Origin: Candidatus Omnitrophota bacterium
GTDB taxonomy: Bacteria; Omnitrophota; Gorgyraeia; Zapsychrales; Zapsychraceae
Direction: 5' to 3'
Length of the DNA: 64,000 nt
Assembly (NCBI GenBank): GCA_015233405.1
Contig: JADFXT010000010.1
Span: 41,578-105,577, forward strand
This document shows positions 46,331 through 55,219 of the stretch, one piece after another. Every line of letters starts with the position of its first letter. Positions within the stretch are counted from its first letter, which is position 1. The notes under the pieces are model-generated. The model searched no databases and was not told the origin of the DNA. It saw only the letters and a program-made list of their open reading frames with translations. The position numbers were made by a program, and so were the translations under genes.

Positions 46331-46816
46331 ATGTCTATTATTGACCGAATTTTAGATTCCTTGATTAAATATCTTCAGAAAACGAAGAAAGATCTTCAAA
46401 AAAAACGCTGTAAACGTCCTAAAAAAACACCTGCTAAGGTGAAAGTCCGTCCGAAATCTCTTCCCAAGCCGCAGCGAAAACCAGCGGTTAAGCTTCCTCA
46501 GGTTAAAAAGGAAATTCCTCCGAAGGCCAAAAAAGTTTCTGTATCTTCTGTGGCGCAAAAGCCAAAAATGGTTTTGATCGGCGATGTCACGCATTTTTTC
46601 CCGAGAATTGAAGTCGCGGTTGTTAAGATCACAGGGGCGGATTTAAAAGTTGGCGATGAAATCAGGATTCAAAGCGGGGAAGGAAGCTTTACGCAAAAGG
46701 TCGATTCGATGCAGCGAGAAAGTGTAGATGTCTCTTTAGCCCGCAAAGGGCAATTGATAGGACTGAAAGTCAAACAAGAGGTCAAGGCCGGCTTCAAGGT
46801 TTTTAAACTCTCCTAG
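46331..46816 (+). CDS. Hypothetical protein: highly basic Lys/Pro-rich disordered N-half plus small beta-barrel C-half
   Basis: Residues from about 15 to 75 are KKDLQKKRCKRPKKTPAKVKVRPKSLPKPQRKPAVKLPQVKKEIPPKAKK. The C-terminal roughly 80 aa resemble an EF-Tu-domain-2-like barrel (VVKITGADLKVGDEIRIQ). Confidence 0.5.
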   Translation: MSIIDRILDSLIKYLQKTKKDLQKKRCKRPKKTPAKVKVRPKSLPKPQRKPAVKLPQVKKEIPPKAKKVSVSSVAQKPKMVLIGDVTHFFPRIEVAVVKITGADLKVGDEIRIQSGEGSFTQKVDSMQRESVDVSLARKGQLIGLKVKQEVKAGFKVFKLS

Positions 46817-46918
46817 TAGTTTTTTCAATCCTAATTCCAACCTTAGAAATATTTGTTTTTTTCTGCCGTATATTCCATACTTATACTACTTAAATCAATC
46901 ATAAAAAAAGATATTTCT

Positions 46919-49900
46919 ATGATAAAAAGAACTTTATCTGCATTAATCCTTATAACTTTTATTACTACAGTTATTATGCCGCCGGGCTATGCCCAGAGCG
47001 TAACATTGCCAACTCCAGGTGTGATGGTCAATCCATCAGTAGCCTATGTCCCAGCACTGTTGCGTGGGATGACGCTACATAAGGACAATCCATTTCAGTT
47101 TGATTTTATCGTCGACAACGGCCAAAGCGGGCTTCAAGGCGAAGCATTAAAGAAAGAATCGCAGCGTTTGGTCAAATATTTCCTCGCATCCATGACCGTT
47201 CCGCAGAATGATTTGTGGGTAAACCTTTCTCCGGCTGAAAAGAATCGTATCGTCCCCGACGCGTTAGGCAAAACTGAATTAGGCCAGGATTTATTGGCTC
47301 AGGATTACATTTTAAAGCAACTGACTGCCACATTGATGTATCCGGAAGCGGAGTTAGGCAAGAAATTTTGGGATCGCATATATAAGGAAGCAAAAGAAAA
47401 ATACGGTGTCACTGATATTCCGACAGATACTTTTAATAAAGTCTGGATTCTGCCTGAATCCGCGACGATCTATGAAAACGGCGCGACGGTGTATGTGGTT
47501 GATGCAAAATTGAAGGTGATGTTGGACCAAGACTATCAAGCGATTTCGAAAACTGTAGGGGCGGGGTCTCCCCGCCCGGATGATGATGGGCGCGGGAACC
47601 GCGCCCCTACGAAGATCATTAAAGAAGTTATCCTTCCCGCCATCGAGAAAGAAGTAAACACCGGCAAAAATTTCGCTCCACTTCGCCAGATCTATCATTC
47701 GCTCATCTTAGCCAAGTGGTATAAAGAGAAAGTCCGCAACAGCATTCTTTCCAGCGCCTACATTAACCAGAACAAAGTCTCTGGTATCGACGAGAATAAT
47801 CCGAAAGCCAAAGAAGAAATTTACGCGCAGTACATGGAAGCCTACAAAAAGGGCGTCTATAACTATATGAAGGAAGAGTATGACCCCAAGACCCAACAGA
47901 TCACGCCTAAGAAATATTTCTCCGGCGGGTTTAAGGACCAGGCGATGACTATTAATCGGACAAATGAGATAAAAATAGTCGAAGCGTCGGTTGTGGGGAG
48001 CAATTACACCATTTCGCTACGCATAGACCCGCAAAAGAAGCATGGCGATTCGGCAATGTCTTCTAAACAAAAATCTGCGTCTGCTATTCCGGTTGTGTTA
48101 TTGGTTGGAAAGCCAGGGGCGGGGAAGACAAAAATAGGCATGCAAATCAGTAAAAAACTTGGGCCTAATGTGTTCCATCTGTCGATGGGAGAATTCATAA
48201 GGTCCCAGATGCCGCATAAAACGCCGCTCACCCATGAACAGCGTCGAGATATTTATAAGCGTTTGACGGAATACTTAAAAACTAAGCCGCATATATCTTT
48301 GTTTCTTTTTGATAATAATCCCTACGGCAGCGACTCCTATGACGCTTTACAGGATTTCCTAAATCAAGGGAACTTCGAACTGGTGAAGGTCATCAATATT
48401 GATGTGACGGATGAAGCGGCTCTAAGCCGACAAGAGTCGAGAGGAAGGATAGATTCTATGGGAGTCTCTTTCCAGAATCGGCTGAATTATTACAATAATA
48501 ACCTCCAAAAAAATGTCCCTGACCAGATCAAGAAGTTCGCCCAAGAAGGCCTTGTTCAAAACATAGATAACAATGAAAATGATAAAGGAAAAAGCGCGTT
48601 GGTAACTCTTTTTGAAGCCCTTTCTCCTCTTGCGCTTGAGGGATGTGAAAGGCTTGTCCGTCGGATGATTCCTCAATTACAAGCGCTCATTGCATCAGAG
48701 CAGGCGGTTGTTGTTAATGAATTGGCGCAAGAAATCATGAAAGAAGGGCTGTCTAAACTAGAAGAAAGGCTCGCCTTAAAATATCCCGATGTTCTAAAAG
48801 AAAATTTGCTTGTGCTTGAGGCTGAACATATTATTGCTGATCTAAAAAAACCTGCTGACCATGCCATGACAAGTGACGTGAAGGCTTTACTGGAATCGGC
48901 AAAGATAGCTGATAACAGTACTCTAAAAAAGATTTACGACGAGCTTAACAAGATGCCTAATGGCGCAGCGAGGGCGATTTACGACATACTTTATAAGACG
49001 ACAAGCATGGATTTGGTAGAGGCCAATGATTTGGTTGAAGCATCCAAAATAGCCGCGAAAGAATTTTTTACTGGTTTTCAAAACTGGATGAATACCAAAG
49101 GCCAAGACCCTAAAAAGAAATTTATTTTGATGTTCGCTACAGGGAAAAGCCCGGAGATGGCGTATAAATTTATTGAGGATTATCTGCACCAGGATTGGAC
49201 AAATGCCGACGTACGCAAAGGTTTAATAGCCCAAGGCATTGACCCGGATCGAAAACCAGACATGACCAGGGTCATTTCGTTTCATCTGGATACAATCATA
49301 GCTCAAAAAAGAGGAGAATATTTTGCCTTTTCCAATATTGTCAATAAATGGGATGACAGTTTCGGAATTCCTAAAGACCAGCGTAATTTCTTTCATGGTG
49401 ATGTGATTTTATCCGATGATGGAAAATCTGTGCGGCAGATGACCGAAGAAGAGTTTTCAAAATTGCGTCAAGATATCCAGAAAAATGGGCTTAAAGTCAA
49501 AGATTATGTCGCCGGAAAACTGGATAAAGAAAAATTTGGCGTCCAATATGCGTTCTTTGAGGCGCTGAAGCTTCAGAATAAGATCATGACGGAAAAATTA
49601 AAAAGTTTAGGCGGCGCGGACATTGTTTTTGGCAGTACTGGCCCGGCCAATGACGGTTCAGGGCATATTGCTTTCGTGGAATCGGAGAGCTTAGATGAAA
49701 TGGAAGCTTTTATAGCAGAGGCGAATCATCATATTTTAGCCGGACAGGCTTCTCAAGGTCGTGGTTATCAATCCCTGATGGGCAAGACAGGGATTGCTTC
49801 GTTCTCGCTCTCAGACATTACGCAGAACAAAGATGCAAAATTGATCATGATCGTCCTCGACAATAAAAAAAGGACCACGGTTAAAGAGGCCATCGAAGGA

Positions 49901-52612
49901 AATAATATGGCGATGCCTGTAGGAGCGCTTCGGAATGCAAAAGGAGTTTTTATCGTCGATAAAGGCTCGGCAGAAGATCTTCTTATCAATAAATATCCTT
50001 GGGATTTCCGGTTAATTGATGAGTCCGGCTGGACGGATTCTTTGCGCAAAGACTTTTTTGTCCGTGTGGCGCTTCGAAGTGGGAAAAAAGTGAAAGATCT
50101 GACCCGGGAAGATTTTCTTAATTTTGAACAGGACAAAACACATCCTTTAATCCTTTGGGCTCGGCGTCAAAACTTAAACGTGTTACTTAAAAAAGAAGGT
50201 TTTGACAAACAAAAAATGCGCGTTGCCGTAGAGACAAAATCAAATACTATTCTAACAGAAAATTTAGCAGAAAAACTCTGGGGTCAAGACTACGTTAATG
50301 AGTTTGAGGCTGCCAAGAAACATTTGTCCGATTTAGAAAAAAAAGCCCGTCAATCTACAGAAGACCTTTCTAGCCAAATCAATGAAGCTCGTCGGGAAGT
50401 TCGCCGTTTAAAAAAGACAATTATTGCTTTCGATCCTCATCCCGATGACCGGTTCTTAGCTGACCCGAACGCGTATCGACACTTAATTGCCCAGGGGCAT
50501 CGCGTCATTGCCATTATGGCGACACCGGGCCTCTCAGGTGTTGGAGACGCTTTTACTCTTTCCATTCTGTCTCATATTTTATCTTGGGATGAAGAAAAAT
50601 TTAACGCGGCAAAAAATACAGATAGAAAAACACTCTCTCAAAAATTATTGCAGGTCGCTCAACAAAGAAATTTTGAAAAACAGAATCTGCCCGATTATGA
50701 AATATGGAGCCGGATGACTTTTGAGGAAAAAGATTTACGGGCCGGGTTATTGCTTAATTACCTTGCGAACAAAATTTATCCCACTTTGACAGATTCCGAT
50801 AAGCAGATGTGCCCTCAGGGCTTTGAAACCGTTGCTGATTTTAAACAGTTTTTTAATATCATAAAAAACGTCATTGATGCCCGGCAGGATTGGGGTTCTG
50901 CTTCTGTTAAAATAATGGATGAAATAAAAAGCGCAATTCGTGTCATTGAAGAAAAAACTGCCATGCTTTCGTGGGGCATTGCTTATGAGGATATTTACGA
51001 TCCCATTAAGCCAAGCTGGTATTCTTCCGTCGGAAGGCTGGGGACAGCCAGCCAAAAAGATATTGAAAAGTTCATCGCGCTCCTTAAACAGGCAGGCCAG
51101 CTCGATGAGGGCGGACGTATTGACGCTGTTTTCGGTAACGGAGAAGGGTTCTCCGACTGGGAAGCGCATGCGTCTACGGAAGCCACGATGATTGCATCCT
51201 TATTTGCTCTAGACAATGAAGGCCTTTTAGACCATAAAACTTTTCGTTATATGACTTATGCCGGAGTTTGGGAAAGGATCAGGACTGAACAATCCAATCT
51301 CACCATTGCTTATTCCAAAAAAGAAAAAGAAAACCTGCACACAAAATTTTCTCAGCTTTATCCGTCTCAATCTCCGAATATGGCGCCGGATGCTTCTTAT
51401 GATAGATTAATGTTATTCCCTCAATCCGTCGAGTTAAACGGAATCGCTACGAAAGAGGAAATCCTGTCTTTAATAGATCCCGACGATGAAATAGCAAAAA
51501 TATTGATAGAAGGGGGTATGGCCCTCAACTTTAGGATCCACGATTTCTTTGATCCGGCAACACGAGAATTTTTAAAGACAAAAGTCACCGAATTGGAGCG
51601 CCTCAGAGATGATCTTAAGCGGACCAGCGCTCCGGCTTTGTATGGCAAACCTCCTTTACCGTCCGTCTTGACACGACGAGAGAAAGAGAAAAATGCTATC
51701 TTAGAGAAAATTTATCCGAAGCCAGACGACCCGTGGACGCAATTGGAAGGGGTTAATGACCGGTATTGGGAGAAATTTGCCGGGGAATTTGAAAAGGCCA
51801 AAGTAGCGGATACGTTCCCTGTAGATTTTTTAAATAAAATTTTGCGTAAGGTTATCAAAGATGCTCCGGTCCTGGAGATTGCCGCCGGAAGCGGCCGGGC
51901 CATGGTGCAAATGCGTGACCAAGGATATGATAACATCACCGGACTCGATATTTCTGCGGAAGCCCGTGAGATGGCCTTAAAGAAAGGCTTTGCCCCGGAT
52001 AAATTTTTAGTTTCCAATATTAAGAAAGATGAGATCAATGGGACCTATGATGCTATTGTTGCCAATGATATCTTTCTCTATTTTACTCCTCGAGAATTGG
52101 ATCTTGTGATGAGAAAAATACAAAATGCCTTAAAGCCTGGTGGCCGGCTTGGGTTTCGTTGGGCCGCGCAAAACGAAAAACAACCTCCGTTTAAACGTAA
52201 AGATAAAGGGACCGAGAAAGACCGATGGGTCGTTCATGCATCACAGCAAATGCTCAAAGATATCTTGGCTTTGTATGGCTTTAATCTTGTCGAGGAGCCC
52301 AAGATAATTCCTGAACCGATTTATGGCGGAAATGCCTTTGTGGATTATTGGTATGTCGTCGCTGAGAAAACATCCGACGCGGCGCTTATAACAGACAAAA
52401 AAGTCGGTGGGATCGATATGAATAATATTAATTTAAAAGGTAACGATAAAGGCGTGTTTCAATTTGATCCGTCGATTATGAAGAAATTCGAAGACATGGA
52501 CATCGACGGGTTTGTGCCGGTAATCATTGAATTAACGCCGGTAACCAGTATTCTTCCTCTGCTAGGTTTATCAGCGCAGAAGGAAGAAAAAGTAGCTTTA
52601 TCTCACCGTTAA
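46919..52612 (+). CDS. Giant modular protein G2 (about 1897 aa): signal/anchor, conserved N-domain, P-loop kinase-like, NagB/6PGL-like, PIG-L/LmbE-like and SAM-methyltransferase modules, conserved C-tail
   Basis: Start moved to ATG 46919 (MIKRTLSALILITFITTVIMPPGYAQS). P-loop GKPGAGKT (about 48106-48132). FATGKSP...GHIAFVES (about 49110-49680). PHPDD (about 50437-50451). VLEIAAGSGR...LKPGGRL (about 51869-52150). C-tail VGGIDMN...PVIIELTPV...LLGL. Confidence 0.85.
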   Translation: MIKRTLSALILITFITTVIMPPGYAQSVTLPTPGVMVNPSVAYVPALLRGMTLHKDNPFQFDFIVDNGQSGLQGEALKKESQRLVKYFLASMTVPQNDLWVNLSPAEKNRIVPDALGKTELGQDLLAQDYILKQLTATLMYPEAELGKKFWDRIYKEAKEKYGVTDIPTDTFNKVWILPESATIYENGATVYVVDAKLKVMLDQDYQAISKTVGAGSPRPDDDGRGNRAPTKIIKEVILPAIEKEVNTGKNFAPLRQIYHSLILAKWYKEKVRNSILSSAYINQNKVSGIDENNPKAKEEIYAQYMEAYKKGVYNYMKEEYDPKTQQITPKKYFSGGFKDQAMTINRTNEIKIVEASVVGSNYTISLRIDPQKKHGDSAMSSKQKSASAIPVVLLVGKPGAGKTKIGMQISKKLGPNVFHLSMGEFIRSQMPHKTPLTHEQRRDIYKRLTEYLKTKPHISLFLFDNNPYGSDSYDALQDFLNQGNFELVKVINIDVTDEAALSRQESRGRIDSMGVSFQNRLNYYNNNLQKNVPDQIKKFAQEGLVQNIDNNENDKGKSALVTLFEALSPLALEGCERLVRRMIPQLQALIASEQAVVVNELAQEIMKEGLSKLEERLALKYPDVLKENLLVLEAEHIIADLKKPADHAMTSDVKALLESAKIADNSTLKKIYDELNKMPNGAARAIYDILYKTTSMDLVEANDLVEASKIAAKEFFTGFQNWMNTKGQDPKKKFILMFATGKSPEMAYKFIEDYLHQDWTNADVRKGLIAQGIDPDRKPDMTRVISFHLDTIIAQKRGEYFAFSNIVNKWDDSFGIPKDQRNFFHGDVILSDDGKSVRQMTEEEFSKLRQDIQKNGLKVKDYVAGKLDKEKFGVQYAFFEALKLQNKIMTEKLKSLGGADIVFGSTGPANDGSGHIAFVESESLDEMEAFIAEANHHILAGQASQGRGYQSLMGKTGIASFSLSDITQNKDAKLIMIVLDNKKRTTVKEAIEGNNMAMPVGALRNAKGVFIVDKGSAEDLLINKYPWDFRLIDESGWTDSLRKDFFVRVALRSGKKVKDLTREDFLNFEQDKTHPLILWARRQNLNVLLKKEGFDKQKMRVAVETKSNTILTENLAEKLWGQDYVNEFEAAKKHLSDLEKKARQSTEDLSSQINEARREVRRLKKTIIAFDPHPDDRFLADPNAYRHLIAQGHRVIAIMATPGLSGVGDAFTLSILSHILSWDEEKFNAAKNTDRKTLSQKLLQVAQQRNFEKQNLPDYEIWSRMTFEEKDLRAGLLLNYLANKIYPTLTDSDKQMCPQGFETVADFKQFFNIIKNVIDARQDWGSASVKIMDEIKSAIRVIEEKTAMLSWGIAYEDIYDPIKPSWYSSVGRLGTASQKDIEKFIALLKQAGQLDEGGRIDAVFGNGEGFSDWEAHASTEATMIASLFALDNEGLLDHKTFRYMTYAGVWERIRTEQSNLTIAYSKKEKENLHTKFSQLYPSQSPNMAPDASYDRLMLFPQSVELNGIATKEEILSLIDPDDEIAKILIEGGMALNFRIHDFFDPATREFLKTKVTELERLRDDLKRTSAPALYGKPPLPSVLTRREKEKNAILEKIYPKPDDPWTQLEGVNDRYWEKFAGEFEKAKVADTFPVDFLNKILRKVIKDAPVLEIAAGSGRAMVQMRDQGYDNITGLDISAEAREMALKKGFAPDKFLVSNIKKDEINGTYDAIVANDIFLYFTPRELDLVMRKIQNALKPGGRLGFRWAAQNEKQPPFKRKDKGTEKDRWVVHASQQMLKDILALYGFNLVEEPKIIPEPIYGGNAFVDYWYVVAEKTSDAALITDKKVGGIDMNNINLKGNDKGVFQFDPSIMKKFEDMDIDGFVPVIIELTPVTSILPLLGLSAQKEEKVALSHR
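47555..47610. repeat. GC-rich double-hairpin palindromic element inside the G2 coding sequence
   Basis: Outer 9-bp inverted repeat gtaggggcg/cgcccctac. Inner hairpins gggcgggg-tct-ccccgccc and gggcgcgg-gaa-ccgcgccc. It encodes VGAGSPRPDDDGRGNRAPT, at the linker position equivalent to the G1 insertion. Confidence 0.75.
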
Positions 52613-52661
52613 ATCCATGTTTTATTTAACGTTATATTTTCTCGGGAATAAAAAATAGTTG

Positions 52662-52689
52662 TTGCGAGTTTCTTTTGTCTCAGTATAAT
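52662..52689 (+). promoter_or_regulatory. Sigma-70-like promoter candidate (TTGCGA-16 bp-TATAAT)
   Basis: TTGCGA at 52662-52667 and a perfect TATAAT at 52684-52689, located 50 bp after the G2 stop and 209 bp before the amt start. Confidence 0.4.
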
Positions 52690-52752
52690 TAACCTTGATT
52701 CAAAAATAAAAATGGGCACATTGAGGTGCCTGTTTTAGTAAAACGCAAAGAA

Positions 52753-52803
52753 GCGTCCTTAGAAAGGTTATGGTTACGTATCCTTTCTGATGGCGCTTTT
52801 TTT
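52753..52803 (+). terminator. Intrinsic-terminator-like hairpin plus T7 run, between the promoter candidate and amt
   Basis: gcgtccttagaaagg (52753-52767) pairs imperfectly with cctttctgatggcgc (52782-52796), followed by ttttttt. It could terminate G2 or act as a leader attenuator for amt-glnK. Confidence 0.5.
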
Positions 52804-52897
52804 GTTTTATCGGCACGGGAGCCGATTAAAACGGTGGAACAATGACGTTCTGTCTTTGGGGTAAACTTACAAAAAAATTTTATGAAAGGAAGAGAAA

Positions 52898-54124
52898 ATG
52901 GTGAATACAACTGACACCCTTTTCGTGTTATTATCAGCAGCATTGGTGATGCTGATGACTCCCGGATTGGCCCTCTTTTATGGAGGGATGGTTCGTAGGA
53001 AAAATATTTTAAGCGTTCTCATGCAATGTTTTGTGGCGTTGTGCCTTTTAAGTGTGCAGTGGATATTTTTCGGATATAGCTTGGCATTTGCGCCGGGCAA
53101 TGGATTCTGGGGAGGATTTTCTTGGTTGGGATTAAATGGCGTGGGATTCACCCCTTTTGCGGATTATGCTCCGACGATCCCGCATCAAGTTTTTATGATC
53201 TTTCAGGCGATGTTTGCGGTCATTACACCGGCGTTGATCATCGGCGCTTTTGCTGAAAGGATGAAATTTTCCGCGTTTCTGGTTTTTACGCTTTTGTGGG
53301 CGACATTCGTTTATGACCCTTTGTGCCATTGGGTTTGGGGCAGCGGCGGATGGTTAAAGCAATTGGGTGTGTTGGATTTTGCCGGCGGGATTGTGGTCCA
53401 TACGAGTGCAGGGATCGCGGCGTTGGTCACAGCCATTGTTATCGGACGGCGAAAGAACTTGGAACATACACCGCCTCCGCACAATCTTCCTTTTGTCGCT
53501 TTAGGGACTGGGCTTTTATGGTTCGGTTGGTTTGGTTTTAACGCCGGAAGCGCCTTGGCGGTCAATGCGGTCGCGGTCAATACTTTTGTCGTGACGAATA
53601 CGGCTGCCGCCGCTGCGGGCTTAAGCTGGTGCCTTCTGGAATGGATCCGTAATGGAAAACCCACGGTCTTTGGGATCATGACCGGGGCCATTGCTGGTCT
53701 TGCGACCATTACCCCCGCGTCGGGATTTGTAAGCCCGATGTCCGCACTTGCTATTGGGGCCATGGCGAGTATCATTTGTTTTATTTCCGTCGCGATTATG
53801 AAACCAAAATTCGGCTACGATGATTCTCTTGACGCTTTTGGCGTTCATGGCATCGGAGGGATCTTAGGGACTTTAGCCGTCGGATTGTTCGCCTCAAAGG
53901 CGGTCAATCCTGCTGGCGCCGACGGATTATTTTTCGGCAATCCACAACAGTTTTTCATTCAACTTATTGGCATTCTCGTTGCAAGCGGCTATGTCGCTAT
54001 TGCCACGTGGGTAATTTATAAATTTGTCGATATATTCTTCGGCGTACGGGTCAAAGAAACCGAAGAGATCATTGGCCTCGACTTAACGCAGCATCGTGAA
54101 GGGGCTTATACGATATTAGAGTAA
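52898..54124 (+). CDS. amtB: Ammonium transporter (Amt family)
   Basis: Eleven-TM pattern with Amt signatures: [61 protein letters not shown]. Confidence 0.95.
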   Translation: MVNTTDTLFVLLSAALVMLMTPGLALFYGGMVRRKNILSVLMQCFVALCLLSVQWIFFGYSLAFAPGNGFWGGFSWLGLNGVGFTPFADYAPTIPHQVFMIFQAMFAVITPALIIGAFAERMKFSAFLVFTLLWATFVYDPLCHWVWGSGGWLKQLGVLDFAGGIVVHTSAGIAALVTAIVIGRRKNLEHTPPPHNLPFVALGTGLLWFGWFGFNAGSALAVNAVAVNTFVVTNTAAAAAGLSWCLLEWIRNGKPTVFGIMTGAIAGLATITPASGFVSPMSALAIGAMASIICFISVAIMKPKFGYDDSLDAFGVHGIGGILGTLAVGLFASKAVNPAGADGLFFGNPQQFFIQLIGILVASGYVAIATWVIYKFVDIFFGVRVKETEEIIGLDLTQHREGAYTILE

Positions 54125-54150
54125 AACATTCTTTCAGTCAGGAGGAGAAC

Positions 54151-54492
54151 ATGAAACTCATTATTGCCATTATTCAGCCTTATCGGTTGGAACACGTCAA
54201 GAAGGAATTATACGCGGTGGAAGTGAATCTTATTACGGTCAGCGAGGTCTTAGGCCACGGCCGGCAAAAAGGGATCACAGAAGTCTATCGCGGTGTTAAA
54301 GAGACCGGGAATCTTTTACGGAAGATCCGTTTAGAGATCGCGGTCAATGATAATTTCGTCGAACCGACCATTAAGGCCATTGTCAAAGGGGCCAAAACAG
54401 GCAATACCGGCGACGGGAAAATCTTTGTCATGGATTTACAGGAATGTATCAGAATCCGTACCGAAGAACACGGGTCCATCGCGATTGGATAA
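54151..54492 (+). CDS. glnK: P-II nitrogen regulatory protein
   Basis: [20 protein letters not shown]...GHGRQKG...YRG (T-loop)...[11 protein letters not shown]. Its position directly after amt is the classic amtB-glnK pairing. Confidence 0.93.
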   Translation: MKLIIAIIQPYRLEHVKKELYAVEVNLITVSEVLGHGRQKGITEVYRGVKETGNLLRKIRLEIAVNDNFVEPTIKAIVKGAKTGNTGDGKIFVMDLQECIRIRTEEHGSIAIG

Positions 54493-54530
54493 ATCTTCAA
54501 GGGCCTGAATTTTTATTAAGAAAGAAATAG

Positions 54531-54566
54531 CCCCCTGCCATTAATTTGTTGCAGGGGGTTATTGTT
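54531..54566 (+). terminator. Rho-independent terminator after glnK
   Basis: ccccctgc-cattaatttgtt-gcaggggg followed by a T-rich tract. Confidence 0.7.
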
Positions 54567-54700
54567 TGGGACTAAAATATAATTTTAAGAATAAGATTTC
54601 TAATAAATTTCTAAAAAAGAAATAATAAATCTTGGAAAGTCTGATATAATTCAACATACGTTTAAAATTGCTGAATAAGAGGGGGAAAAGGAGAACTTTG

Positions 54701-55219
54701 GTGACAAAGCTTGATACGAAAGCGTTGGACAAAGTTATCGCTCGGTATGAAGGCAAGCCTGGCAGGCTCCTGAGTATCCTCGAAGATGCCCAGAAATTAG
54801 ATGAGCATCAATATCTTTCCACTTCGGCATTGGAATACGTCAGCGAAAAGACCGGCATTCCCCTTTCCCGCATTTATTCCGTCGTGACTTTTTACGCATT
54901 CTTCAGCTTAAAGCCCCGAGGAGACCATTCGATTACCGTTTGTCGCGGCACCGCTTGCCACACACGTGGTTCCAAAAAAATGCTGGACTATTTAAAACAG
55001 ATCTTGGATTTGAAGGAAGATGAGTCTTCCGGCCAGCAGAGCAAGGTTTTTTTAACGACCAAAGACAATCAATTTACCTTGATGACGGTCGCCTGTTTCG
55101 GACAGTGCGCGTTGGCCCCTGTCGTCGAGATTGATGGGACAATTTATAGTAATGTGACCGAGCGCAAGCTTAAAGGTCTTATTGATAATATCCGCCGCAA
55201 AGGAAAAAATAAGAAATGA
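54701..55219 (+). CDS. NuoE/HndA-like [2Fe-2S] subunit of NAD(P)-linked [FeFe]-hydrogenase
   Basis: GTG start 7 nt after AAGGAGA (the track gives TTG 54668). Thioredoxin-like 2Fe-2S motifs: VCRGTACHTRG and VACFGQCALAPV. Confidence 0.85.
   Translation: MTKLDTKALDKVIARYEGKPGRLLSILEDAQKLDEHQYLSTSALEYVSEKTGIPLSRIYSVVTFYAFFSLKPRGDHSITVCRGTACHTRGSKKMLDYLKQILDLKEDESSGQQSKVFLTTKDNQFTLMTVACFGQCALAPVVEIDGTIYSNVTERKLKGLIDNIRRKGKNKK

Noticed and set aside
22194-52612. Giant ORFs as NRPS/PKS megasynthases, RHS/YD-repeat toxins or repetitive adhesins.
   Set aside because: No adenylation, condensation, KS, AT or carrier-protein motifs are present. There are no YD repeats and no long tandem Ig, cadherin or RTX repeats. 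At the DNA level the cores are non-repetitive and made of heterogeneous domains.
52830-52860. A sigma-54 promoter (TGGAAC...) upstream of amt, as expected for NtrC-regulated amtB-glnK.
   Set aside because: The GG element is present, but the -12 TTGC/GC element is absent at the correct spacing. The evidence is insufficient.
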